Source of the DNA: a virus
Lineage: Duplodnaviria; Caudoviricetes
IMG/VR virus record: IMGVR_UViG_3300032038_000018
Span: 32,001-96,000 of that record
Strand: one strand, 5' to 3'
Length of the DNA: 64,000 nucleotides
Made by a program: the position numbers and the translations under genes. Below, piece by piece: positions 40,510 through 50,930 of this stretch. Below the pieces are notes generated by a model. The model was not told the origin of the DNA, did no database searches, and worked only from the letters and a program-made list of their open reading frames with translations. Position 1 is the first letter of the stretch. Every line of letters starts with the position of its first letter.

Positions 40510-41099
40510 TGAGGTATAAAATGCCAAAAATGGAAATACGCCCGAGAGATGATTTAGAAGCCTTTGCTGCACTCGAAGAACAGGAAATGAAGGCTTCAAA
40601 AAAGAATATGCACCCATTCACAGGTGAGCAGATACGGAAACTCTGTGAGAATGAATATGTCGAGCAGATATCTGCATATAAGATAAAATACACCGATAAA
40701 TTCAAGGAGTATTTTATAATGCGTTGGCAGCAAGGCATGAGTGCATTTCAAATATTTTCAGAATGCGGAATAGATCCAGAAATAGTTGGCAGAGGTCGAA
40801 TCTGGAATTTTCGTAGAAGCCTTGGTATAAGATGTCGCCCTCGAAGAACAGGAAACGAAGACTTCAAAGCTGATGCTATATCTGAAAAAGTTACAACAAC
40901 ACAACTAATTGATAAGATTGACTCAATTGTATCAATCAGCAACGAAATGAAATACCAGTTAGATTTAATGAAACAGAATGAGAAAAATGTGATTTTGATG
41001 TTATTTGATTCATTACCGTATGATGATAAAGCAGATATTATTCTCAAATTACAATATAAACTGAGAGCATTGGAAGCAATGCAACAAAATTTAACATAG
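40509..41099 (+). CDS. HTH plus coiled-coil protein resembling IS3-family OrfA-like DNA-binding domains
   Basis: KYTDKFKEYFI...GMSAFQIFSECGID..IVG..RI. Confidence 0.5.
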   Translation: MRYKMPKMEIRPRDDLEAFAALEEQEMKASKKNMHPFTGEQIRKLCENEYVEQISAYKIKYTDKFKEYFIMRWQQGMSAFQIFSECGIDPEIVGRGRIWNFRRSLGIRCRPRRTGNEDFKADAISEKVTTTQLIDKIDSIVSISNEMKYQLDLMKQNEKNVILMLFDSLPYDDKADIILKLQYKLRALEAMQQNLT

Positions 41100-41182
41100 T
41101 ATTTAAATTAGTATGGTTGATTGGATTTAATTTACCAATCAACCATACTATAATTTTTAATATATTAACGGAGGAAATTAAT

Positions 41183-42013
41183 ATGGCAGACTTTAATAAC
41201 GGTGGCGGATATAATGCCACATACTTTAGACCATCTACTGATGGTCTAGCACTGTTTAATGAAAACACGATGCTCAAGATTGCATATTATGATACATATA
41301 TGAAATTTGAGCTAAGAGAGAAAAATATGGAAGGAAAGTTTCCAACTCCTGAGCCAGGCAGAGATATATCCGTATTGCTGAGCGCAGAAAAGGCTGCAGC
41401 ATTTATGCTAATGCTTGATGAGTTTGAGGAAAAAATCATTTCATATAATAATGATTTTGCAGATGGTAAAGACTGCAGTGGTTATAAGCCATTCTCAATA
41501 GCAATACATGTTGGGTCAACTCCCGAGAAGACCAGAGTACTTCAGATAAGTACAGGTACTGCTATAGAAGGACAAGGATTTGTTCCTGTAGTATTCATTC
41601 ATGTAGGTGTTGATTCTACACTCGCTGCAACTAGCACATATACATTCCAGACAAAGACATGTCCATGTCTGGTTGACTATGAATCAACATCCGGCACATT
41701 TGAATTAGTCCATAAGCTTGGTCAGTATGAAGTAATTGCTCTGGCTATAAGAGGCTTTGCGTATGCAAGTAGCAGAGCAGTTTCTCATTTCAATAAGACA
41801 CGCATCAATGATGAAAGACTCATGACTATGGAAAAGGTTGTTAATCTATTAGCTGAGCATTTCAATATTCAGATACCTGATTCGAATAGCTCCAATAATA
41901 AATTTAGAGCAGTTTCACCATTTGAATCATTCGTATCTAATACACCTCAGCAGCCACCAGTTATAGAGAATGGTGGAGATTTGGGAACCCTTCTTGGAAT
42001 TCCTAATACATAA
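41183..42013 (+). CDS. Hypothetical protein
   Basis: GGAGG RBS before MADF. Confidence 0.7.
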   Translation: MADFNNGGGYNATYFRPSTDGLALFNENTMLKIAYYDTYMKFELREKNMEGKFPTPEPGRDISVLLSAEKAAAFMLMLDEFEEKIISYNNDFADGKDCSGYKPFSIAIHVGSTPEKTRVLQISTGTAIEGQGFVPVVFIHVGVDSTLAATSTYTFQTKTCPCLVDYESTSGTFELVHKLGQYEVIALAIRGFAYASSRAVSHFNKTRINDERLMTMEKVVNLLAEHFNIQIPDSNSSNNKFRAVSPFESFVSNTPQQPPVIENGGDLGTLLGIPNT

Positions 42014-42067
42014 ACCCATTATAATATGGGTGCTTTTCGGCACCCATATTTTTTTGGAGATGTAACT

Positions 42068-42889
42068 ATGAATTTATTTGATAGTATAAAAGACGCTAAT
42101 CGAGATGAGATAATAGCAATCCCATTCTATGGATGGATCAAAAATCCTGTAGAGAGTATGATACGTTATCTCATGTCTACAGGTAAATTTAGCAAATGGC
42201 TATCTAAATATCCTGATCTAAATTTGTTTCCTATAACTGACCAGAATAGATTATTTAGTTTATCATCTCAATATACAATAAATTCGTTTAGACGATTATT
42301 GATTGAATCGGGTAAAAGAAATGGTATAAATGAAAATCAAGCAGATGCCGACTTTAATGAAATGCTAATGAATGCAGATCCACGAAGATGTGTAGCCACA
42401 CTAATGGAACTCGTAGTGGCTAAATTATTAAATGAGCCATTTGTTAAATACATTTATATCTATGAGCCCGTGATGAGTGATGCGATAAAGAGATATCTGG
42501 CTGACATATATACGGAAAATACCGAGAGAATAATTTTACTTGAGTCAAACATCAAAGCGATAATAGAATCAAGTAAACCTAAATTCACTACGATATATGT
42601 AGAAGATACAGATCAATTCATGGATGTGTTACAATCATATACTAAAGAAGAACGTGAAAAGTATATGACGACTACATATTATATACTGCCTGCAAAATCA
42701 AGTTTAACTGATAAGGCTAAACAATTATCTGCATCTATGGGAGTATTACCTACAGGTGAAGATCCATATAGATATCAGGGCTTTATTAAAGGTACATTAG
42801 CTGAAACAAAATCTACAGCAGATTTTATGCAGCTTAAATACATTGGGTATAATGAACCAAAAAATAGTAAAACGGAGGAAAAGAAATAA
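42068..42889 (+). CDS. Hypothetical protein
   Basis: GGAG RBS before MNLF; coupled to the chaperonin gene. Confidence 0.65.
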   Translation: MNLFDSIKDANRDEIIAIPFYGWIKNPVESMIRYLMSTGKFSKWLSKYPDLNLFPITDQNRLFSLSSQYTINSFRRLLIESGKRNGINENQADADFNEMLMNADPRRCVATLMELVVAKLLNEPFVKYIYIYEPVMSDAIKRYLADIYTENTERIILLESNIKAIIESSKPKFTTIYVEDTDQFMDVLQSYTKEEREKYMTTTYYILPAKSSLTDKAKQLSASMGVLPTGEDPYRYQGFIKGTLAETKSTADFMQLKYIGYNEPKNSKTEEKK

Positions 42890-44919
42890 TGGTAAGCCAA
42901 GATTTTATAAATGATATAAAGATAGGTACCAATGTTATAGACGGAAAAGAATACAAAGATACATTACAGGCAGTAGCTGAGATTACATGTGAGATTGTAA
43001 TGAAGACTCTTGGTCCATATGCATCTACTACTGTTATCGATGATGGCTCTTCTACTTATTCTACTAAGGATGGCTGGAGCGTTGTCAATAGAATAAGATT
43101 TAGTGATGCAATAGAGAATATTCTTTTTGGTTTTATAAAAGATATATCATTCTCTCTGAATAGTAAAGTTGGTGATGGTACTACTACAGCTATAGTAGCA
43201 GCTAATACTTTCATCAAGAAATTCAGATCTTGGATAGAAAATGCAAGGAATGATAGTGATTCAGACTTCCATAATTTGAGACAAGCAGATCTTCTTAAGG
43301 CTATAGAAGAAACTGCAGACTCTATTATAAATGAACTCAAGTCTGATTCAAGAGTAAGGTATATAGAAAATCCTGAAGATGTATACAAGATTGCATATAT
43401 ATCTACTAATGGTAATGCGCAGATATCTAAAATGATATCTGATATTTATAGAGAAACATCTAATCCTAATATTCATGTAACTCTTAATACAGGTGGAGAA
43501 ACCAGAGCAGAAATAGAGAATGGGTATAAGATAGATGCTAAGCTTCTTAATGCTGCTTGTCACTTCAATACAAGTGAAGAAACATGCGAATTTAATGATG
43601 AATGCAAAGTTGTAATATTCGATCATAATGTTACATACACTAAGCACTATAAGCTGATACAGTCATTAATTAATTCTATATGCAATCAGCAGAAGCCTCA
43701 GGCACTTGTTATAATTGCACCTTACTATGATGAAATATTTGCATCTGTTATGAGTGCAACTATTCGTAAGATAACTAATAATGGACAAATTAGTCCTGTT
43801 ATGTTGGTACAAGTACCTTATAGTACTACTAATCAGAAATGCTACATCAATGACTTTGCTGTATTGTGTGAAACTCAGATATTTGATTCATCTAAATTAG
43901 AGATGTACACACAGATGAATAAAGCACTTAGCGGTGAAGTTGAAGAAGATGAAGAAGCTCAGTCAATATTCAAGTCATTAATGGAAGCTAATGAATTCAA
44001 GACACCTGAAGATATACTGGATTGCTCTATAGGTAAAGCAAGAAAGCTTACTGTAGGTAAGAACTTTGTTTTATTGGAGAAATTCAGAAAAGATACTACT
44101 ATGTATAAGAATACATATGACTTCATTAATAAAGAATATGAAGCAGCTAAAGCAAAGGCTGATGCAAATCAGAATAGAATTAGTCTTTCATATTCTGAAG
44201 CACATATGCGTCTTATAAAATTCTCTGGTCAGACAGGCACAATATTTGTTGGTGGAGACAGTGAGCTCTCATGCAAATGCCTTAAAGATGCAGTAGACGA
44301 TGCAGTACTTGCATGCAGATCTGCATATGAACATGGCTATATAAGAGGGCTCAATCTTGAGACATTATCTGCTATAACAAAGCTTAGTAATGAGCTTGCA
44401 GTAACAGATACACAGAGTAAACTCAAGAAAGAATGCCTTAGCATGTTCTTTGATGTATTCGAGGAATTAGCTATCAACGTAATGTATAACAAATATGCTG
44501 ATGACGATATTAGCAGAGAAGATTTCGCAAATGCCCCTGTATGGAATAACAAGTGGGTAGGCGGAGATTCAAATAAGCTTTATCTTAATGATAAAGATAT
44601 CAATACTCCTAAGCTTATTCTGTATGCATGCATTGAGAATAATTATGAGTATAATATAGTTACTGAGCAATTTGCTCCTGCAGGTTTCTCTGTAGTAAAC
44701 TCTGTATCTACTGATATAGAAGTTATAAAAGCTACTACCAGTATTCTTTCTCTGCTCCTATCATCTAATCAGCTTATATCTATCAATAGGCAATTTGATA
44801 GAGATAAGAGCATAGAAGAAGCAGAGAAGCGTGAGAGACAGCGCTATGCAAATATTGCTGATGGCATCATGTCTTCTGTTAATAAGTATCTCCCAATAAA
44901 GATAAAACCTATGACATAA
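42889..44919 (+). CDS. GroEL-like phage chaperonin
   Basis: KTLGP, TKDG, VGDGTTTA, IFVGG, DAVDDAV. Confidence 0.9.
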   Translation: MVSQDFINDIKIGTNVIDGKEYKDTLQAVAEITCEIVMKTLGPYASTTVIDDGSSTYSTKDGWSVVNRIRFSDAIENILFGFIKDISFSLNSKVGDGTTTAIVAANTFIKKFRSWIENARNDSDSDFHNLRQADLLKAIEETADSIINELKSDSRVRYIENPEDVYKIAYISTNGNAQISKMISDIYRETSNPNIHVTLNTGGETRAEIENGYKIDAKLLNAACHFNTSEETCEFNDECKVVIFDHNVTYTKHYKLIQSLINSICNQQKPQALVIIAPYYDEIFASVMSATIRKITNNGQISPVMLVQVPYSTTNQKCYINDFAVLCETQIFDSSKLEMYTQMNKALSGEVEEDEEAQSIFKSLMEANEFKTPEDILDCSIGKARKLTVGKNFVLLEKFRKDTTMYKNTYDFINKEYEAAKAKADANQNRISLSYSEAHMRLIKFSGQTGTIFVGGDSELSCKCLKDAVDDAVLACRSAYEHGYIRGLNLETLSAITKLSNELAVTDTQSKLKKECLSMFFDVFEELAINVMYNKYADDDISREDFANAPVWNNKWVGGDSNKLYLNDKDINTPKLILYACIENNYEYNIVTEQFAPAGFSVVNSVSTDIEVIKATTSILSLLLSSNQLISINRQFDRDKSIEEAEKRERQRYANIADGIMSSVNKYLPIKIKPMT

Positions 44920-44970
44920 GATAGTACATTCCCATAAGCTCGATATTTTACACATAAGGAAGTGGTATAT

Positions 44971-45141
44971 ATGGGTATAATTCGAGACTTATGGGAATTC
45001 CGTTTATCTAGTATTGAGAAAGAGCCCAACAAACTTATTTATTTGGAAGATTGGTTTAAATTGAATCCCCAATATAAACCAACGAATGGTACTAAAGATG
45101 ATAAAGATAAGCCCAAGTCAATGAAGTTCGATAATGAGTAA
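44971..45141 (+). CDS. 56-aa hypothetical protein
   Basis: MGIIRDLWEFRL...; AAGGAAGTGG upstream; hairpin at the 3' end. Confidence 0.45.
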   Translation: MGIIRDLWEFRLSSIEKEPNKLIYLEDWFKLNPQYKPTNGTKDDKDKPKSMKFDNE

Positions 45142-45169
45142 ATACACTCATTATCGAACTTTCTCTGGG

Positions 45170-45183
45170 GACAACTTATTAAT
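45170..45183 (+). promoter_or_regulatory. Putative late promoter GACA-N6-TAAT
   Basis: gacaacttattaat upstream of 45219. Confidence 0.6.
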
Positions 45184-45218
45184 TATTTTTTATGGAAATC
45201 CACGGAGGTGGGAGATCA

Positions 45219-47276
45219 ATGATTAATAAGATTAATAATAAGACAGGTGAAGATTTGCTTGCTAGTATAGCTAATTCGATGGCTAAACTTCCAAATATAT
45301 CTTATCTTGCATCTGTTGTACAAAATATAAAAGATGTCGCTATAACAATGGTTGGTGCTACTGCAACTCAACCCGGTGTAGGTGGTTTCGTTCCAACCCC
45401 GCCTGCATTAAATCAAACAGGTGGCTCATATGGATTTCTAGGATCAGATGGAGAATGGCATACACAAGTTAGTGCAACTTTACAACAGTCTAATTTCAAC
45501 AGAACTAAAACTTCTGCAGCTACAACTGAGAATAAAGTATACTTACTTGGAGCTGCTAATGATTTACCATTAAGCCAAGATCCTACAAGTATCAATATAA
45601 GCACAGTACAGAATGCATCTGAATTATATGCAACTTCATATGTTGGTAAACCTCTTACAGTAAATGGCATATTGAATTCATTACAAGATGATGATATTGG
45701 TAACTATTATGCATATAATGGTTCTATGACAGGCGAATATATGCCATTGTATAATGGATCTCAATATGTAAACAGACTTGTATTCTCTAATAGTGTAATC
45801 AATACATATACTGAGAAGAGATGTACTAATGAATTTCTCTTAGGTAAACATGTAGCTATAGTATCAAACTCAACCGAAATTAATTCTAGTACTGCACCTA
45901 GAGCTGCAATAGTTTTAGGTAATCTCCAGTTTAATGCATCTGCTGCATATAAGCCATTTTTAATAAAAGCATATGGCAATAGCATGAAAATAATGCATGC
46001 TACTGAAACCGGTCATTATATTGGCTCTACATATGATACCACAATAGATCCTAATTCTACTATGTCTAAATGGATATTCAGTTCAATGAATAGATTTAGA
46101 TTTAATAACTTCTTAGAAGTAGTTGGTAAGAATGCTGGAGATAATGTACAGAATATAGCTACTAGTGGATTTAATTTAGATAGCTATTGCACATTTGCAG
46201 ATGGAACTGTTAAAGGATCATTTACAAGTGCTAATGAAATAAAATTCTTATCAAACTTCCTCTATAATAATAGAAGATATTTGAACGAATTTGGATTGTA
46301 TTCTGGTGAAGGCGGTAATGATGGATACTTATTCAGAACAGCAAATATCAATAATGGTATAACTATTGCTAAGTATGAAGTTCCTAATATTGCAGTACCT
46401 GATTATTCATCTACATATAGTAAAATCAAATTAGCTGCATTCCTGAAACTGGATAGAGATTTATATATCTCTACCAATACAGATATCAATGGTGTTTTAT
46501 CAATTAAGTCAATCACCGCTGATGTTAGTGATGTTGAATATCGTCAATGGGCAAGTGATAACTTCTCTACGCATGGAAACTTTATGCATAATTCTGGACA
46601 GACTGTTGACATTAAATCACCAACGATTGATTTTATCGGTCCTTATAATGGATTTGATACATACTCATATCCGATACCAGCTGAAAGATCTCGTAACGGT
46701 GATGCTAAATTCTTTATTAGGGTAAATAATTTGGATTCGTCTAGTAGTTCTGCATTACCTGCACAATGTCAGACATTTTCTATTTGTAGTTATAACACAT
46801 CTTTCTCTGAAGCTACAAATGAAATATTTAAGATATATCGTGCTAATTCAACCTCTGCTGCACAGATAGCTGAGAGAACTGTTATAATCATAAATGCAGA
46901 GAATACCAATTTCAATAATAAAGAAGTTAGTGGTGTTAATAAATTAACATCTACAAATATCTTATCTAATAGCATAACAAAATCAAGTGCAGCTGCAACT
47001 TTAGTAGTACGCCCAACAACTATAGCGGCAGATGCTTCTACCCAAACAGTTGCTAAATTTAATAATAAGAAACCTTTATATGCAGCTAGTGATACAACTG
47101 TTGTATCTCAAAGTGGTAACGTATGTGCATCAGGCACATTATCAGATCTTCCTGTTGATGAGACAACAGATGATGGTGTTTACTGGTATAGACCTATTAT
47201 CGTTACAAAGAGTTCATCTTTAAATGATAAGGTTAGAAATGCTAAGAATGGATATATCTGGGCATATACTGGATAA
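45219..47276 (+). CDS. Probable tail/baseplate fibre-like structural protein
   Basis: S/T/N/G-rich, beta-prone 685 aa; GAT..QPGVGGFVP.P..FLGSDGEW motif typical of tail fibres; late-type promoter. Confidence 0.55.
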   Translation: MINKINNKTGEDLLASIANSMAKLPNISYLASVVQNIKDVAITMVGATATQPGVGGFVPTPPALNQTGGSYGFLGSDGEWHTQVSATLQQSNFNRTKTSAATTENKVYLLGAANDLPLSQDPTSINISTVQNASELYATSYVGKPLTVNGILNSLQDDDIGNYYAYNGSMTGEYMPLYNGSQYVNRLVFSNSVINTYTEKRCTNEFLLGKHVAIVSNSTEINSSTAPRAAIVLGNLQFNASAAYKPFLIKAYGNSMKIMHATETGHYIGSTYDTTIDPNSTMSKWIFSSMNRFRFNNFLEVVGKNAGDNVQNIATSGFNLDSYCTFADGTVKGSFTSANEIKFLSNFLYNNRRYLNEFGLYSGEGGNDGYLFRTANINNGITIAKYEVPNIAVPDYSSTYSKIKLAAFLKLDRDLYISTNTDINGVLSIKSITADVSDVEYRQWASDNFSTHGNFMHNSGQTVDIKSPTIDFIGPYNGFDTYSYPIPAERSRNGDAKFFIRVNNLDSSSSSALPAQCQTFSICSYNTSFSEATNEIFKIYRANSTSAAQIAERTVIIINAENTNFNNKEVSGVNKLTSTNILSNSITKSSAAATLVVRPTTIAADASTQTVAKFNNKKPLYAASDTTVVSQSGNVCASGTLSDLPVDETTDDGVYWYRPIIVTKSSSLNDKVRNAKNGYIWAYTG

Positions 47277-47322
47277 CGTAATAAATGTCTATTGAAGTAT
47301 TTAACTTCAATAGACATTATTT

Positions 47323-48318
47323 TTATACTGATATGTATTTGTATTTACGTTGTAACTGATCTGTTGCAGTTCCAGTTCTATTATTGATCTCGAATGTTAA
47401 AGAATCAATATCTTTAGGAATAGGATAGTCATCTATGATATTTCCTTCTGCATCTTGTGCATAAATAGTCTTATCACCATTATCTCTTTCTTCCAATACT
47501 AATTCTACACCACGATTTTCATACTTGATGAATTTATCTCCTTCGGTCTCTTCATCATTATAATTGAAATTTTGATTATAAATCATACTTCCATATTCAT
47601 CGCTATCTTCAGGAGCTTCATCGTAACGTATTGCACCACTAGATCCTTCTCTTCCATCTACACTATTAAGAAGTGCATCATGACCTATACCGAATATATT
47701 TTGTAATATACTACCAGATGCCATAGCCGGATCCATTGTATCAGCTGTATTCTTATTAAGCTTGCTCTTTATGTCAAACTTATTCTTTTCTATTGCAGAC
47801 ATTTCTTTTATAATGCTAAGAGTAGTATTATGCAATGCTGCTTTTGTTTCTATCAGTTCATTCATTCGCTGATAGTTCCTACCATTAGTTAATCGTCTTA
47901 TCTGACTTATGTCCTTTTCAACTTCTTCTGTATCTTTATTTACCGCAATTAATAAATCTTTCAATTTATTCTTTTGTGGTTCGAATGCTTTATCGACTTC
48001 AGATACAGTTCCGTCGTCTTCGTGTAATAATGCATACTTTCTACCAAGACCTATCAGATTAGATTTGAATCCACGATTTTCATCGTTCATATCTATGCTG
48101 TCAAATATATCATCTACGTCGTCGGCATATTCTTTGAGTACATCATTAGCTTTGGGATCATTTAATATCTTTTCGATACTTACTCGATCATCATCGCGAT
48201 TACGTGATATATCAATGTCACGCTTTGGTGTATAAGTTGGCTTATCATCAGATAATGTAGACGAAAATGGATTATGAATACTTGATAAAGTTTTGAGATT
48301 ATTTAATGTATTGCTCAT
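47323..48318 (-). CDS. Hypothetical coiled-coil protein, probably late/virion
   Basis: GGAGG RBS; GACA-N6-TAAA at 48344-48357 (minus). Confidence 0.6.
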   Translation of the reverse strand: MSNTLNNLKTLSSIHNPFSSTLSDDKPTYTPKRDIDISRNRDDDRVSIEKILNDPKANDVLKEYADDVDDIFDSIDMNDENRGFKSNLIGLGRKYALLHEDDGTVSEVDKAFEPQKNKLKDLLIAVNKDTEEVEKDISQIRRLTNGRNYQRMNELIETKAALHNTTLSIIKEMSAIEKNKFDIKSKLNKNTADTMDPAMASGSILQNIFGIGHDALLNSVDGREGSSGAIRYDEAPEDSDEYGSMIYNQNFNYNDEETEGDKFIKYENRGVELVLEERDNGDKTIYAQDAEGNIIDDYPIPKDIDSLTFEINNRTGTATDQLQRKYKYISV

Positions 48319-48446
48319 CTTCTAGCCTCCAAAATCTATCGAATTTAAGGAAATGTCCATAGATTTATAAAATATCGAGTAAAAAACTTAAATATAACTT
48401 TAAGCTTATTTGCATATTATATGCCTATAAGGAGGAAATAAAGCTT

Positions 48447-50240
48447 ATGAAAGTTTTAAAATCATATAAAGAAGGCATGAATATAGTGCCTCTTAAAGTA
48501 GTATATAGTACCGAATATAATAAGAAAGACATAATGGCAATCGTATATAAAGACGTAGATACAGGCAAGAAGTATGTAGAAAACATAGAAGAACCTGTAT
48601 ACGAAATGTATATCATTAAAGAGCAATATAGAAATAATCCAGATCTCAATGCTAAGTTTTCTAGTGCATATATGCACGATGCAGTTGAAAAAGATTTGTG
48701 TGATGTAATCGTATGTAAATGGGCATCCAGAGCATATGTTGCAGCCAAGATACTTGGGATTGATTATAAAGATGTGGCTTATTCTCCATATGTGTTTAAT
48801 TATGATATCAATATAAGTAACTGGTATTTTAGTCAGATATTAAAAGAGTATCCATATAATAAACCAGTTGCAATAAAGTCTGGATATATAGATATAGAGA
48901 CAGATATCTCTCGTACAACCATAATGGGAGAATCTCCAATAGTGTGTATTACATATATATCCGAGACTACGAATACTGTATATAACTTGGCAGTTAAAAG
49001 TGACAAGTATGCTAAGAACGATTATTATGTAGAGCATATGAATGAATTCATCAAAGATTGTAAAGAATCTTTTGCTATGTATAATAAATACATAGATGGC
49101 GAATGGAATTACGAATGCTTAGTATATGATACTGAGATTGAAATGATGAAAGCAATATGGGAATTGATTCATGCTATAGACGATGACTTCTTAGGAGCTT
49201 GGAACGCTCCTTTCGACTTCGTGTCTATGGTAGAAAGAACTGAGAAACTTGGGTTGGATAAATATAAAACCATATGCGATCCAAGATTTAAGTTTAAGAA
49301 AATAAATATAGAAGTAGATAATGCAATTAAGGTTACTAAGAGACGTCATACATTTGATGTATCCATAATTCCTGTACTTGCTTGCTTTATGTCAATGTAT
49401 GGTAATACTCATTCGGCTGATAATGTAATACCATCATTTAAACTTAATGCTATAGCAGATAAAGAATTACATGATAAGAAAGTCGAATATAAAGATATTT
49501 ATAAGAATATCACAGACTTCCTGTATAATGACTTCTATACATTCAATAAATATAATATCAAAGACGTATTTCTTATGGTTGGTATCAATCATGAGAGTCA
49601 TGAAGTAGACGATACATTTTCCAGAACTCAGTCTTATGGAATTCAATTCCCAGATGTATTTTCATCTAATCATATGATGCAATCAGTTCTCATGAATGAA
49701 TTCAGTGATATGGGTTTAGTATTTGGCATAAACAGAAATAAAAACAATATAGCATCGGAATTAATCATGGTAACTGACGATGATGATGACGAGTATGATG
49801 CTGATGCTAGACGTGTTGTGCTTGAGTCACAGGAAGTATTCGACGAGAATGGCGAAAAGAAAAAATTCGTAGGTGCATTGGTTCAGAACCCCAAAAGAAT
49901 GCAGAATACAGGATATAAGATAAATGGAGTTCCTGCAAAATATGTCCATACATGGTGTATGGATGAAGATATAGAATCCGAGTATCCTACAGCAATGATT
50001 GTATTCAATATGTCTAATAAGACTATGGTTGGTAAAGTAATCCTTACTAATGATAATGATATAGATTTACCTATCTATAGACCATATGAGTTTATAGATA
50101 ATGAAGCTGCAGATTATTACTGTAATAAAGTTGCAGTTATATGCGAAACTGTAGCTCAAGGTGATTATATCATTGCAGGTAATATAGGATTAAAATTACC
50201 AAATGCAACTCAAGTATTAGAATTATTAAGGAGCAAATGA
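48447..50240 (+). CDS. Family B DNA polymerase N-terminal subunit (3'-5' exonuclease plus motif A)
   Basis: ExoI DIET, ExoII WNAPFD, ExoIII YNIKD, FVGALV, motif A DIESEYPT. Confidence 0.85.
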   Translation: MKVLKSYKEGMNIVPLKVVYSTEYNKKDIMAIVYKDVDTGKKYVENIEEPVYEMYIIKEQYRNNPDLNAKFSSAYMHDAVEKDLCDVIVCKWASRAYVAAKILGIDYKDVAYSPYVFNYDINISNWYFSQILKEYPYNKPVAIKSGYIDIETDISRTTIMGESPIVCITYISETTNTVYNLAVKSDKYAKNDYYVEHMNEFIKDCKESFAMYNKYIDGEWNYECLVYDTEIEMMKAIWELIHAIDDDFLGAWNAPFDFVSMVERTEKLGLDKYKTICDPRFKFKKINIEVDNAIKVTKRRHTFDVSIIPVLACFMSMYGNTHSADNVIPSFKLNAIADKELHDKKVEYKDIYKNITDFLYNDFYTFNKYNIKDVFLMVGINHESHEVDDTFSRTQSYGIQFPDVFSSNHMMQSVLMNEFSDMGLVFGINRNKNNIASELIMVTDDDDDEYDADARRVVLESQEVFDENGEKKKFVGALVQNPKRMQNTGYKINGVPAKYVHTWCMDEDIESEYPTAMIVFNMSNKTMVGKVILTNDNDIDLPIYRPYEFIDNEAADYYCNKVAVICETVAQGDYIIAGNIGLKLPNATQVLELLRSK

Positions 50241-50241
50241 T

Positions 50242-50883
50242 ATGAGCTATATTCCATTACCAAAAGATCTCAAGTTAGCAAATCTGAAAGAGATAGCTGC
50301 GATGGTATCGCACATTTTAATTAACGACGGATTTGTAGATTGGGCAGGTGTGATTATAGGAGAATCAAAATCCGATGCTTATCTGCCAAAGTTTTACATT
50401 AAGGATACTGCGTTTATAAATTATTTTCGTAATACACTTATAGACTTTGACTTATTATATGAATTCTGTAAAATGGCATCAGCCAAAAACACTCAATGTG
50501 AATTAGATGATAGTGGTAACATTATCAAATTAATATATAATAATAACATAGAGTATATGGATTTAAGAATCAATAGAGTTCATATTGAGACAGATGACCC
50601 TATTACATTTGACAAATATGACAACGAACATATATTCAAAGCTACAGCCGTAAGAGATCTCGACTTAAATGATTTTATATATGCTATGACAAATGACTAT
50701 GTATACAGGTGGAACAAATATATTATCACTAAGGAAGCAGTCCCTAAGCCTAAGAAACTTATAGCTGGTCAGTTCACTATTAGTGATATAGTTTCTCCGT
50801 ATATATACTACACAACGGTGCTGAATTATGATTTAATGGATATCAAAATAGCTAGTGTATGTTTTGATTTAGATGCAGAGTGA
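50242..50883 (+). CDS. Hypothetical protein
   Basis: Follows the polymerase subunit; terminator hairpin at ~50888-50928. Confidence 0.65.
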   Translation: MSYIPLPKDLKLANLKEIAAMVSHILINDGFVDWAGVIIGESKSDAYLPKFYIKDTAFINYFRNTLIDFDLLYEFCKMASAKNTQCELDDSGNIIKLIYNNNIEYMDLRINRVHIETDDPITFDKYDNEHIFKATAVRDLDLNDFIYAMTNDYVYRWNKYIITKEAVPKPKKLIAGQFTISDIVSPYIYYTTVLNYDLMDIKIASVCFDLDAE

Positions 50884-50930
50884 ATAAATAGATCTATCAT
50901 GATATCATGATAGATCTATATTTTTTTTGA

